The notes beneath the pieces are model-generated. The model was not told the DNA's origin. It saw only the letters and a list, made by a program, of their open reading frames with translations, and ran no database searches. This document shows positions 28,684 through 37,661 of a stretch of DNA of 64,000 nt, one piece after another (within the stretch, counting starts at the first letter, position 1; the number at the start of each line of letters is the position of its first letter). This stretch comes from Gemmatimonadaceae bacterium (GTDB taxonomy: Bacteria; Gemmatimonadota; Gemmatimonadetes; Gemmatimonadales; Gemmatimonadaceae), in assembly GCA_051859245.1 (NCBI GenBank), contig JBHYGA010000001.1, positions 544,001-608,000 of the forward strand, read 5' to 3'. Both the position numbers and the translations under genes were made by a program.

Positions 28684-30513
28684 ATGCGCCTGCCAACGTC
28701 CGTTTGTTTTCTCGCCGCCGCGATGCTTTCCGCCGCGTGTGCGCGCCCTGCCGCTTCTCCGTCCATTCCGCTCTCGGGCAAGCGCGCCGAGGGACGCACT
28801 GGTATGGTGTCGTCATCACAGCAGCAAGCAACCATGGCGGGCGTGACTGTGTTGCGCGCCGGTGGCAACGCCGTGGACGCCGCGGTTGCGACCGCGTTTG
28901 CACTCTCTGTTGTTGACCCATCACAAACCGGACTCGGCGGAGGCGGCGCGGCCACGGTGTGGATGGCGCGCGATCGACGCGTTGACCATCTCTCATTTTA
29001 CGGTCGCGCCGGTGAACGCGAGGAATGGGCAAAACCCGACACCGGCGGGCGCGGACCGGAGAGTGCGGGACGCGGCGCTGCAACACCCGGCATGGTGAGT
29101 GGACTGCTCACGTTGCATGCGAAGTACGGCAAACTGTCGCGCAGCGATGTAATCGCACCGGCGCTCGCGTTGGCACGCAACGGATTTGAGGTGTCACCGC
29201 TGTTATCGCGCACGATCACCTCGGCGCGCGATCGTGTGAAAGACGAACCGCACGCGGCGGCGCGTTTCATGCCCAACGGCGAGCCACTCCGCCCTGGTGA
29301 ACTATTGGTGCAACCCGAACTCGCCGCACTGCTTGAGCTCATTGCGGTGGCCGGTGAAGACGCGTTCTATCGCAGTGCGTTTGCGGAACGTCTGGCCTAT
29401 CACGTGCAGGAACGTGGTGGACTGATCACCGAGAAGGATATGGCGGACTACAAGAGCACCTGGATGCGTCCATTGTGCACGGTGTGGCGCGGCTACACGG
29501 TGCTCGGCGCACCGCCGCCAATGGGTGGCGCCGCGGTGCTCGCCATGTTGCACCTTGCCGAACAGAGTGGCCTCACACGCGGCAGCGGTTATACCGAAAC
29601 ACCCGCAACGGCCGCGAGTTTAGCGCAGGTCATTCGCATTGCGCAGGTTGACGCCAATCGGTGGCGCGGTGATCCCGCTGTCATGAGTGTTCCGGCACGT
29701 GGCACCAGCAGTGCGGCGTATGCGGCGCAGCGCGCGTCGCTGCTCAACGCACCGGTAACTGACACGTTGCGCGCCGGCGATCCGTGGAGCGCAGATGCAG
29801 CGCCCACGCCAGCGGAGTGTTCGGCGCTCGATGCGTATGCGGCGTCAGCGCGACCGGCGGGCGGCACAAACGGTGCGCTCTCGTTGACCGGTGCACGCAA
29901 CACCACAGCGCCTGAACACGGCGATGTCGCGTTGAACGGCGCGCAGGTGTCGTTCGTGGAATCACCGTCAGACGACAGCAGCTTCACGTCACATCTCAGC
30001 GTTGTTGACGAAGACGGCAACGCCGTGGCTATGACCACAACGGTTGGTGTGCTGTTTGGCTCGGGTGTGTGGTCTGACGGTGTGTGGCTCAACTCGGTGG
30101 GTCGCAACTTCGATGCGCGCACACGCGGCACGAATCGCTACAGCAACTCCACGATGGCGCCTACCATTTTGCTGGACGGCAACAACGTGCGCCTGGTGGT
30201 CGGAGCCGCCGGTTCGCAGTACATCCAGCCGGCCACCACGCAGGTCACCATCCGCATGCTGGCATTTGGCGAAGACGCCGGAATGGCCCTCTCGGCGCCA
30301 CGCATTCACCCCACCTACACCTCGCGCGAAGTCGAGGTGGAGCCAGGGTTCTCGCCGGCCGTGTACGGGGCGCTCGTGCAGCGTGGCTTCAAGCCGCTGT
30401 CGCGCGTGGGTGACATTCTGTTCGGCGGCGTGCACGCCGTGTACGTGGCCCCGGACGGCCGTCGCATTGGCGCCGCCGACATCCGGCGCGACGGATTTAC
30501 GGCCAGCCAATAA
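28684..30513 (+). CDS. ggt: Gamma-glutamyltransferase family lipoprotein
   Basis: Lipobox SAAC, GGNAVDAAVA, GLGGG, nucleophile 'TSHLSVVD', terminal 'D.RRDG'. Confidence 0.9.
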   Translation: MRLPTSVCFLAAAMLSAACARPAASPSIPLSGKRAEGRTGMVSSSQQQATMAGVTVLRAGGNAVDAAVATAFALSVVDPSQTGLGGGGAATVWMARDRRVDHLSFYGRAGEREEWAKPDTGGRGPESAGRGAATPGMVSGLLTLHAKYGKLSRSDVIAPALALARNGFEVSPLLSRTITSARDRVKDEPHAAARFMPNGEPLRPGELLVQPELAALLELIAVAGEDAFYRSAFAERLAYHVQERGGLITEKDMADYKSTWMRPLCTVWRGYTVLGAPPPMGGAAVLAMLHLAEQSGLTRGSGYTETPATAASLAQVIRIAQVDANRWRGDPAVMSVPARGTSSAAYAAQRASLLNAPVTDTLRAGDPWSADAAPTPAECSALDAYAASARPAGGTNGALSLTGARNTTAPEHGDVALNGAQVSFVESPSDDSSFTSHLSVVDEDGNAVAMTTTVGVLFGSGVWSDGVWLNSVGRNFDARTRGTNRYSNSTMAPTILLDGNNVRLVVGAAGSQYIQPATTQVTIRMLAFGEDAGMALSAPRIHPTYTSREVEVEPGFSPAVYGALVQRGFKPLSRVGDILFGGVHAVYVAPDGRRIGAADIRRDGFTASQ

Positions 30514-30530
30514 TCTGATTTGGGTCAGGG

Positions 30531-30560
30531 TTGACTTTATTTTTAGTCCCTGCTAAAAAT
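30531..30560 (+). promoter_or_regulatory. Promoter (TTGACT -35) overlapped by MntR/DtxR-type palindrome ATTTTTAG-N6-CTAAAAAT
   Basis: Perfect 8-bp inverted repeat at 30539-30546/30553-30560, 5 nt before the mntH start; DtxR-family gene in the same operon. Confidence 0.8.
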
Positions 30561-30565
30561 CTGGG

Positions 30566-31987
30566 GTGACTAAACCACAAGACTCCGACCCAGTCGTACC
30601 ACTCGCGCCACCATCGCCGCCGCCGGGCACACCGGCGGCCCCGCCGCTGGCGGTCGGCAGCCCGGATGCCGGATGGCAGCGCGCCCGCATTGCACCGTCC
30701 CTCGCCGAGGTCTATCGCTCGGTTCCGGTCAACAAGGCCACAGCGTTTCGTAAACTGCTCGCCTTCGCCGGACCGGGTTACCTGGTGGCTGTGGGCTACA
30801 TGGACCCGGGCAACTGGGCCACAGGCATCGCCGGCGGTTCACGATTCGGCTATGCGCTGCTGAGCGTGATCCTGTTGTCGAACCTGATGGCGGTGTTGCT
30901 GCAGGGACTCGCGGCGAAACTCGGCATCGTAACGGGGCGAGATCTCGCACAGGCCTGTCGCGATCACTACTCCAAGCCCGTTGCCATGGCGCTTTGGGTG
31001 TTGTGCGAAATCGCCATCGCAGCGTGCGACCTGGCCGAGGTGATTGGTTCCGCCATCGCCATCAACTTGTTGTTCGGCATACCGCTCCCCTGGGGCATCG
31101 CGATTACGGCGCTCGATGTGCTGCTTGTGTTGTACTTGCAGAATCGGGGCTTCCGCTATCTCGAAGCGCTGGTGATTTCGCTGGTGGCGGTGATCGGTGG
31201 ATGTTTCGCCTTTGAGTTGTTTGCGTCGCGCCCCGACGCGCTGCTCGTGGCCAAGGGATTCATTCCGAGTACGGACATCATCAGCAATCCCACCATGTTG
31301 TATCTCGCGATGGGCATTCTGGGTGCCACGGTGATGCCGCACAACTTGTATCTGCATTCGTCGGTGGTGCAGACGCGCAAGTACGAACTGAACGCCGAAG
31401 GGAAGCGCGAGGCCGTACGCTTTGCGTTTCTCGACAGCACGATCGCATTGACGGTCGCGCTGTTTATCAATGCATCCATTCTGATTGTTGCCGCGGCCAC
31501 ATTTCATACCACCGGCAACACGGAAGTCGCCGAAATTCAGGACGCGTACAAGCTGCTCACGCCGCTGCTCGGCGTTGGTGCGGCCAGCACGGTGTTTGCA
31601 CTCGCGCTGCTCGCGTCCGGCCAGAGCTCCACCCTCACCGGCACCCTCGCTGGCCAGATTGTGATGGAGGGCTTTCTTGAGCTGCGTATTCGTCCGTGGC
31701 TACGCCGACTCATCACACGCATGATTGCGATTGTGCCGGCCGCAACCGTGGCGATATTGTATGGAGAGAGCGGCACGGCGAAGTTGCTGGTGTTCAGTCA
31801 GGTCGTGCTCAGCTTACAGCTGTCGTTTGCCGTGTTCCCGCTGGTTCGGTTTACCTCGGACAAGCAAAAAATGGGCGAGTTTGTGAACTCAACTCTGCTC
31901 AAGGGGACCGCGTATGTCGTGGCGACGTTGATCGCCGCACTCAATGTGTGGTTGCTCATTCAGACGTTCAATGAAATACGCGGCTGA
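30566..31987 (+). CDS. mntH: Nramp divalent metal (Mn2+) transporter
   Basis: [29 protein letters not shown]. Confidence 0.97.
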   Translation: MTKPQDSDPVVPLAPPSPPPGTPAAPPLAVGSPDAGWQRARIAPSLAEVYRSVPVNKATAFRKLLAFAGPGYLVAVGYMDPGNWATGIAGGSRFGYALLSVILLSNLMAVLLQGLAAKLGIVTGRDLAQACRDHYSKPVAMALWVLCEIAIAACDLAEVIGSAIAINLLFGIPLPWGIAITALDVLLVLYLQNRGFRYLEALVISLVAVIGGCFAFELFASRPDALLVAKGFIPSTDIISNPTMLYLAMGILGATVMPHNLYLHSSVVQTRKYELNAEGKREAVRFAFLDSTIALTVALFINASILIVAAATFHTTGNTEVAEIQDAYKLLTPLLGVGAASTVFALALLASGQSSTLTGTLAGQIVMEGFLELRIRPWLRRLITRMIAIVPAATVAILYGESGTAKLLVFSQVVLSLQLSFAVFPLVRFTSDKQKMGEFVNSTLLKGTAYVVATLIAALNVWLLIQTFNEIRG

Positions 31988-32005
31988 CCTTTCTCCCGTG
32001 GTCTG

Positions 32006-32464
32006 ATGTATCAGCGAATCCTGGTTCCGCTCGAACACTCGGCGTACGACGCCTGCATTCTGGAGCACGTGCGCCGATTGGCGAGCCTGTGCGGTTCCTC
32101 CATGCTGCTTATTCACGTGGCGGATGGATGGGCGGCGCGCAACGTGAAGCAGTTGGCGTTGCGCGAATCAGAGGAGATTGCGCGCGACCGGGCCTATCTC
32201 GAAGAAGCGTGCGCACAACTGCGCGCCGAAGGATTCGTGTGTGATGCATTGCTCGCGGCGGGAGATCCGGCCGCAGAGATCAGTGCGGCGGCCGAGCGCG
32301 AGAAGTGTGACCTGATTGCCATGGCAACGCATGGTCATCGCGGATTGCAGGATCTGATCTATGGCACCACGGCGAACAGCGTGCGACATCGCACAATGGT
32401 GCCGGTGCTGATGGTGCGCGGGCCCGTTGCCGCTGCGGCATCGGCCAAAAACACCGACGCGTAG
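32006..32464 (+). CDS. Universal stress protein
   Basis: 'MYQRILVPL', 'DLIAMATHGHRG...GTTANSV...VPVLMVR'. Confidence 0.92.
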   Translation: MYQRILVPLEHSAYDACILEHVRRLASLCGSSMLLIHVADGWAARNVKQLALRESEEIARDRAYLEEACAQLRAEGFVCDALLAAGDPAAEISAAAEREKCDLIAMATHGHRGLQDLIYGTTANSVRHRTMVPVLMVRGPVAAAASAKNTDA

Positions 32465-32468
32465 TCAC

Positions 32469-33215
32469 ATGGCCGCATCCGGAAAAAAAGCGCCGTCTTC
32501 AAAAAAGACGGTGACGGAAATCAAGTCGCCTGCCAAGGTCGCTATCGATCGTGTGAGCGAGCCGGTTGAGGACTATCTCAAGGCGATCTACGATCTTGCC
32601 GGAAAATCGGGCACCGCGTCAACCAACGATGTGGCCGCGCGGCTCAACGTGGCGGCGGCCTCTGTCACGGGCATGATCCGACGATTGGCGTCGCAAGGGC
32701 TGCTCGAGTACGAGCGCTATCGCGGCGTGAAGCTCAGCGAGACGGGTCGCGTGGTCGCGCTGCGAACGATCCGTCGTCATCGGGTGATTGAAACGTATCT
32801 CACCGAAGTGCTGGGCTATCCGTGGGATCGTGTGCACGACGAAGCGGAGCGTCTTGAACACGCCGCCTCGGACGAGTTGGTCGATCGCATGGCGGCCTCG
32901 CTCGGCAATCCCACCAGCGATCCGCACGGCGCCCCGATTCCAACGGCGGATGGGCAGATGGATGAGCGCCGGCACCAAACGCTGGCCGATCTCGACATCG
33001 GCACCAAAGCGCGCATGGTGCGTGTCAGCGACAAGAATCCGGGATTGCTGCGCTATCTGGCCGAAATCGATCTCACGCCGGGCACCGAAGTGCAGGTCCT
33101 GGCGCGCGCGCCGTTCGATGGACCGATCACGCTGCAAGTAGGTGACACCGAGCCCGTGGTGGGGCAGGGGCTCGCCGTACAGGTGCTGGTCGAGGAAGTA
33201 CAGGACGAGACGTGA
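32469..33215 (+). CDS. mntR: DtxR/MntR family metal-dependent repressor with FeoA domain
   Basis: EDYLKAIY, RRHRVIE, EAERLEH, DPHGAPIP, C-terminal FeoA-like domain. Confidence 0.92.
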   Translation: MAASGKKAPSSKKTVTEIKSPAKVAIDRVSEPVEDYLKAIYDLAGKSGTASTNDVAARLNVAAASVTGMIRRLASQGLLEYERYRGVKLSETGRVVALRTIRRHRVIETYLTEVLGYPWDRVHDEAERLEHAASDELVDRMAASLGNPTSDPHGAPIPTADGQMDERRHQTLADLDIGTKARMVRVSDKNPGLLRYLAEIDLTPGTEVQVLARAPFDGPITLQVGDTEPVVGQGLAVQVLVEEVQDET

Positions 33216-33258
33216 CGCGCCGGAACGAACCGCCACGGCGGTTCGTTGCCACTGCAAC

Positions 33259-34161
33259 ATGAGACCGTTTCGTTTCGCGCCCGCACTCGTGGCGCTCGTC
33301 GTGCTCGCGCTTCCCGATGCGGCCCACGCCCAAACTGACACCGTAATCGGCACACCGGCGGCGCCCTCTATTGTGGGCCGCGTGGCGCCAACCGTGCGTG
33401 GGATCGCGATTGACGAACGCATCGCGGATGACCACGGCGTGGTGGTGGGCGATACGCTTCGCCTAGCCGCCGAGGCAGGAACACGCGGCGAGCTCGTGCG
33501 CGTCGACGCCATCGTGCGCCGCGCCGCGGATCCGTCGGAAGTGGCGCGCAGTGAATATCGTGTGCGCTTGCATCTTGATCAGTTGCAACGGCTCACGGGC
33601 AGTGAAGATCGGGTGGACCGCTTTGCGGTGGCGTTGCGCGACTCGGCGCAGTCCGGCGCCGTGGATAGCGCGCTGGCTCGCATTAATCATGTGGCATTCG
33701 GCTTTCGCGCTCATGCGTCTCGCGATGTCGCCGTCGAGAGTTCGCGCACCTTCCAAGTGGTGGATCGTTTTCACCGCGCGATTGGTGGCATCACGATTGT
33801 GGCCAGCGCGGTGTTCCTGCTCTGCATTTTGCTGCTCAAAGTTGAAGAGCGACGGCGCGCGATTGCCGCGCTGCGATTGGCGGGTCTGTCGCGCCGAACC
33901 GTAGCGCTGTCGGTGATCGCGGAGGCGGCAGTGATTTCGGTGGTGGGCAGTGTGGTTGGTGCGGGGCTTGGGTGGGTGGTCACGTTGGCCGTGAATGCGC
34001 ACTACCAGCGACTCTTTCGCACACCACTTACGTTTGCTGTGCTCACACCGGAGATCACGCTGTTTGCGATGACATTGTCGCTGCTCCTTGGCGTAGTCGC
34101 CGGTGCACTCGCCGCCTGGCGGTTGGTGCGCACACCACCGCTCGTCTTGCTCGGACGCTAA
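33259..34161 (+). CDS. FtsX/MacB-type permease lacking the normal N-terminus, with signal peptide (300 aa)
   Basis: Signal peptide ending AHA; 'VVVGDTL'; 'EERRRAIAALRLAG' and three C-terminal TMs. Confidence 0.8.
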   Translation: MRPFRFAPALVALVVLALPDAAHAQTDTVIGTPAAPSIVGRVAPTVRGIAIDERIADDHGVVVGDTLRLAAEAGTRGELVRVDAIVRRAADPSEVARSEYRVRLHLDQLQRLTGSEDRVDRFAVALRDSAQSGAVDSALARINHVAFGFRAHASRDVAVESSRTFQVVDRFHRAIGGITIVASAVFLLCILLLKVEERRRAIAALRLAGLSRRTVALSVIAEAAVISVVGSVVGAGLGWVVTLAVNAHYQRLFRTPLTFAVLTPEITLFAMTLSLLLGVVAGALAAWRLVRTPPLVLLGR

Positions 34162-35390
34162 TGCGCACGACGCTTGCGTTCGCGTCGCTTTGGCGACACC
34201 CCATGCGCACGTTGCTTGCGATCTTCGGGCTCGCAATTGCCGCCGCGCTGCTGATCGATATGGTGATGCTGGCCACCGGCATGCGCGCCTCGTTCAAGTC
34301 GTTGCTCACGTCACGCGGCTACGAGTTGCGCGTCACACCGCGCGGCACACTCCCGTTTGATACCGAAGCAACCGTAGGCAACGCGGCGGCGCTTGTGGCA
34401 TCGCTTCGCGCACATCCGGATATCGAGCGCGTGAGTCCGTCCATTGGAACCACAGTGCAGATTGCGTCAACTCGCACTTCGCAGAGTGGCAGCGCGTTCG
34501 CGCTCGGCACGCAGCCGGACGTGCAGGGCGAATACAGCGTACTTACCGGACGCGCGCCAGCCGCGGCCGACACCACGCTGCGGGAAGTGATTGCGAACAC
34601 CGTGTTGCTCACACGAATGCAAGTGAAAGTTGGCGATACGATCAGTGTGAGTGTGGGGCGAAGCGCGCAGCTGCGACTCTCGCAGGTGGCCGAGCGCGCG
34701 GTGATTGTGGGTGAAGCGCGATTTCTGTACGTGCCGCCCGGCCTGCCGGCCATTTCTGCGCCGCTCACCGCCATTCAGTCGCTGCTCGGTAGCGCGGGAC
34801 GCGATCGCATATCGCTCGCCATGGCGTCGGTTCGCGCGGACAGTGCCGGCGCTGCCGCCACCAGCGCACGCACTGAAGCGGTCCGTACGTGGATTGAACA
34901 GACGCACGCGCGTGTGACGGCCATCTCTACGGAAACGGCCATTGTGCAAGTGGAAGAGCGCCTCGCGTACTTCCGCCAGCTCGCGCTGATTCTTGGTGCG
35001 TTAAGTCTGGTAATTGGTGTGCTCCTGGTGACCACGTTGGTCTCGCTGTCGGTGAACGAACGGCTCGGCGAACTCGCGGTGCTGCGTGCCATCGGAGTGG
35101 CTCGTGGAGGCATTCTTCATCAAATCATGCTCGAAGGACTCATGCTTGGTGTTGCCGGAATCACGATCGGACTTGGGCTTGGCTTGATCACTGCACAATG
35201 GCTCAACGCCATTTTGCGTGATTTTCCCGGCCTGCCGGCTGATCTCGATTTTTTTGTGTGGAGTCCTGAAGCGGCGTGGAAGTCGCTGGCCATGTTACTC
35301 GTGGCGGCTACGCTCGCCGGTGCGTGGCCCGCGTGGCGGGCATCACGTGTGCGTGTGGCGCAGGCGTTACGCGAAGAGGCAATCGGATGA
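34161..35390 (+). CDS. MacB/LolC-type ABC permease (409 aa)
   Basis: N-terminal 'LWRHPMRTLLAIFG', periplasmic domain, 'ERLGELAVLRAIG', 'PAWRAS...QALREE'. Confidence 0.92.
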   Translation: MRTTLAFASLWRHPMRTLLAIFGLAIAAALLIDMVMLATGMRASFKSLLTSRGYELRVTPRGTLPFDTEATVGNAAALVASLRAHPDIERVSPSIGTTVQIASTRTSQSGSAFALGTQPDVQGEYSVLTGRAPAAADTTLREVIANTVLLTRMQVKVGDTISVSVGRSAQLRLSQVAERAVIVGEARFLYVPPGLPAISAPLTAIQSLLGSAGRDRISLAMASVRADSAGAAATSARTEAVRTWIEQTHARVTAISTETAIVQVEERLAYFRQLALILGALSLVIGVLLVTTLVSLSVNERLGELAVLRAIGVARGGILHQIMLEGLMLGVAGITIGLGLGLITAQWLNAILRDFPGLPADLDFFVWSPEAAWKSLAMLLVAATLAGAWPAWRASRVRVAQALREEAIG

Positions 35391-36094
35391 GCGAGACAAC
35401 GCCGTTGATTGAAGCACGAAATCTCGTGCGACGCTATCGCACCGGGGCCACAGATGTCGCGGCGCTCCGCGGCGTTTCTCTAACGATCATGCCGGGCGAG
35501 TTTGTGGCGATCGTTGGTGCAAGCGGCTCCGGCAAGAGCACCATGTTGCACTTGCTCGGCGCTGTTGATGCGCCCGACAGCGGGCAAGTGCTGCTGGAGG
35601 GACGCGACATCTCGCAACTTTCCGATGCCGAAGCAACGCGATTGCGCTTGCTCCGCATCGGTCTGGTGTTTCAGCGTTTCTACCTCATGCCAACGCTGTC
35701 GGCGCTTGAGAACGTGGAACTGCCAATGGCCGAGGCCGGAGCCAGCACCGCCGCGCGTCGCGAGCGTGCGAAATCACTGTTGACCTTTGTTGGAGTGGGT
35801 GAGCGCACGGACCACAGGCCTTCACAGCTGTCGGGCGGTGAACAGCAGCGTGTAGCGGTCGCGCGCGCGCTCGCCAACAAGCCCGCGCTCTTGCTGGCCG
35901 ATGAGCCAACCGGTGAACTGGATGCCGCAACCGGTGCCGCACTGATTGCACTGTTGCAGCAACTCAATCGTGATGGCCTCACGTGCGTGCTGGTCACGCA
36001 TGACGCGGCCCTCGCGCGATCGGCGCAGCGCGTGGTCACGATGCGCGATGGCCAGATCGTATCCGACGAACGCATTGCCGCATCCGTCACGTGA
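35387..36094 (+). CDS. LolD/MacB-type ABC ATP-binding protein
   Basis: GASGSGKS, LSGGEQQRVAVARAL, LLADEPTG, VTHD. Confidence 0.96.
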   Translation: MSETTPLIEARNLVRRYRTGATDVAALRGVSLTIMPGEFVAIVGASGSGKSTMLHLLGAVDAPDSGQVLLEGRDISQLSDAEATRLRLLRIGLVFQRFYLMPTLSALENVELPMAEAGASTAARRERAKSLLTFVGVGERTDHRPSQLSGGEQQRVAVARALANKPALLLADEPTGELDAATGAALIALLQQLNRDGLTCVLVTHDAALARSAQRVVTMRDGQIVSDERIAASVT

Positions 36095-37584
36095 TCTGGC
36101 GATTGGCGTGGCGTAATCTCTCGTTCCGCCCCTGGCGATCAGCGCTCTTGCTGCTCGGATACGGGCTGGGTGTGTCCGTGATGATCACGCTGCTGGCGGT
36201 CGGCGAAGCCATGCTGGTGCAGGCGCGTGAAGAAAAACTGGTGGGCGGCGGTGACATCACGGTGTTGCCCGATGGCATTGATATCGAAGTGCTCAAAACG
36301 GGCGGACTTGGCGGCATGTTCTTCTCAGTGCCGAACGCGCGTTTTGTGTACCGCCAGGTGCTCGCATCACCGCGCAATGCAGCGTTGGTGCGAGCCGTTG
36401 CCCCGCAGTTGGACAACAAACTGTTGTACCTCACCACGGCGAGTGGCGCAGAACTTCCGGTGCGAGCCACGGGTGAACTGCCCGACGCCACCGTGGCTGT
36501 TGGTGCCGGCCCATCGCTCCGCGACGGACGCTGGCGCAATGACGACGTCGACAATCGCTGGGCTGATCCGTCGCTCGCTGAACGGCGACACGATATCGAT
36601 CGTTTTCATTTGCCGCCCACCACGGTGTCGGAACGCGCGTCGTGGGGCGAATGGCATTACTTCAATGTGTTGTCGGACAATGCACAGCAGTGGGCGTTCA
36701 TTTCGTTCATCGTTGGTGGTGATGTACCAAACGGTGAATGGGGTGGGCAGTTGCTCGTCACGCTGCACGAGGTGGGCAAACCGGCGCGTCGGTTCACTGC
36801 GACCGCGCAGTCGAGCGACGTTCGCTTCTCCACCACCGATGCCGATCTTCGAATAGGCTCTGCGTCGGTCACGGTGCAACACGACGGTAGTTATCGTGTA
36901 CGTGGCACGGCACGCGAAGAGCAGCGCGGCACGCCGCTTACGCTGAATCTGAGCATCACGCCGAGCGCCAACGCCGAGTTCCCGGGAGCAGCGCTGTACA
37001 GCGGAGACTTTGCGTCAGGGTACGCGGTGCCCGCATTGCGCGCGAGCGCAACCGGTACGATCTGCGCCAGTAATGTGTGCGATGAATACCTGAACGCGCG
37101 GGCCTATCATGATCACAACTGGGGCGTGTGGCGCGGCGTGACGTGGGAATGGGGCTCTGGTCGCGCGGGCAATCTTGCGTTGTTGTACGGCCGGGTGCAG
37201 CCGCCCGACTCACTGCAGTCGAGCGCACCATTGTTTGTGTACGTCACGGATTCGCTTGGTTTCGTGTCGCTCTTTCGGCCAAGTGAGGTGCAGTACGAAG
37301 ACGGACGATCGGTCGTGGTTGGCAAACGCACCATTCGTGTGCCATCGCGAGGCCTGATGGAAGACATGCGCAACGGCGACACTTTGCGCGTGGAACTGCT
37401 TGTCGATGACGCCGTCGCGACCGACACGCGCGCGGGTCTCATTGATCGCGGAGAAGCCGCCGCGGCGCGCTTGCTCTCCAAGCCGTACTTCGTGCAGATG
37501 CAAGGTCGCATTCGCGTCACGATGCGTGTACGCGGGCAGCGATACGAAGCCGAGGGGACGGGCTTTTTCGAGACGTACCGGTAG
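36091..37584 (+). CDS. Fusion: MacB-type permease N-terminus plus lipocalin/AttH-CrtC-like beta domain
   Basis: 'LAWRNLSFRPWRSALLLLG' + TM1; then 'EWHYF' and 'YHDHNWG...WEW' motifs; no C-terminal TMs. Confidence 0.7.
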   Translation: MIWRLAWRNLSFRPWRSALLLLGYGLGVSVMITLLAVGEAMLVQAREEKLVGGGDITVLPDGIDIEVLKTGGLGGMFFSVPNARFVYRQVLASPRNAALVRAVAPQLDNKLLYLTTASGAELPVRATGELPDATVAVGAGPSLRDGRWRNDDVDNRWADPSLAERRHDIDRFHLPPTTVSERASWGEWHYFNVLSDNAQQWAFISFIVGGDVPNGEWGGQLLVTLHEVGKPARRFTATAQSSDVRFSTTDADLRIGSASVTVQHDGSYRVRGTAREEQRGTPLTLNLSITPSANAEFPGAALYSGDFASGYAVPALRASATGTICASNVCDEYLNARAYHDHNWGVWRGVTWEWGSGRAGNLALLYGRVQPPDSLQSSAPLFVYVTDSLGFVSLFRPSEVQYEDGRSVVVGKRTIRVPSRGLMEDMRNGDTLRVELLVDDAVATDTRAGLIDRGEAAAARLLSKPYFVQMQGRIRVTMRVRGQRYEAEGTGFFETYR

Positions 37585-37661
37585 CCGCACAACGACCATT
37601 CACGGGTTTCGGCCTCTGGCAATGCCTCGTGGCACCGGCGGATTGCGGCTATTGTACAGGT

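Noticed and set aside
31985..31987. Selenocysteine recoding at the mntH TGA
   Set aside because: No convincing SECIS hairpin seen, and mntH is already full length at this stop
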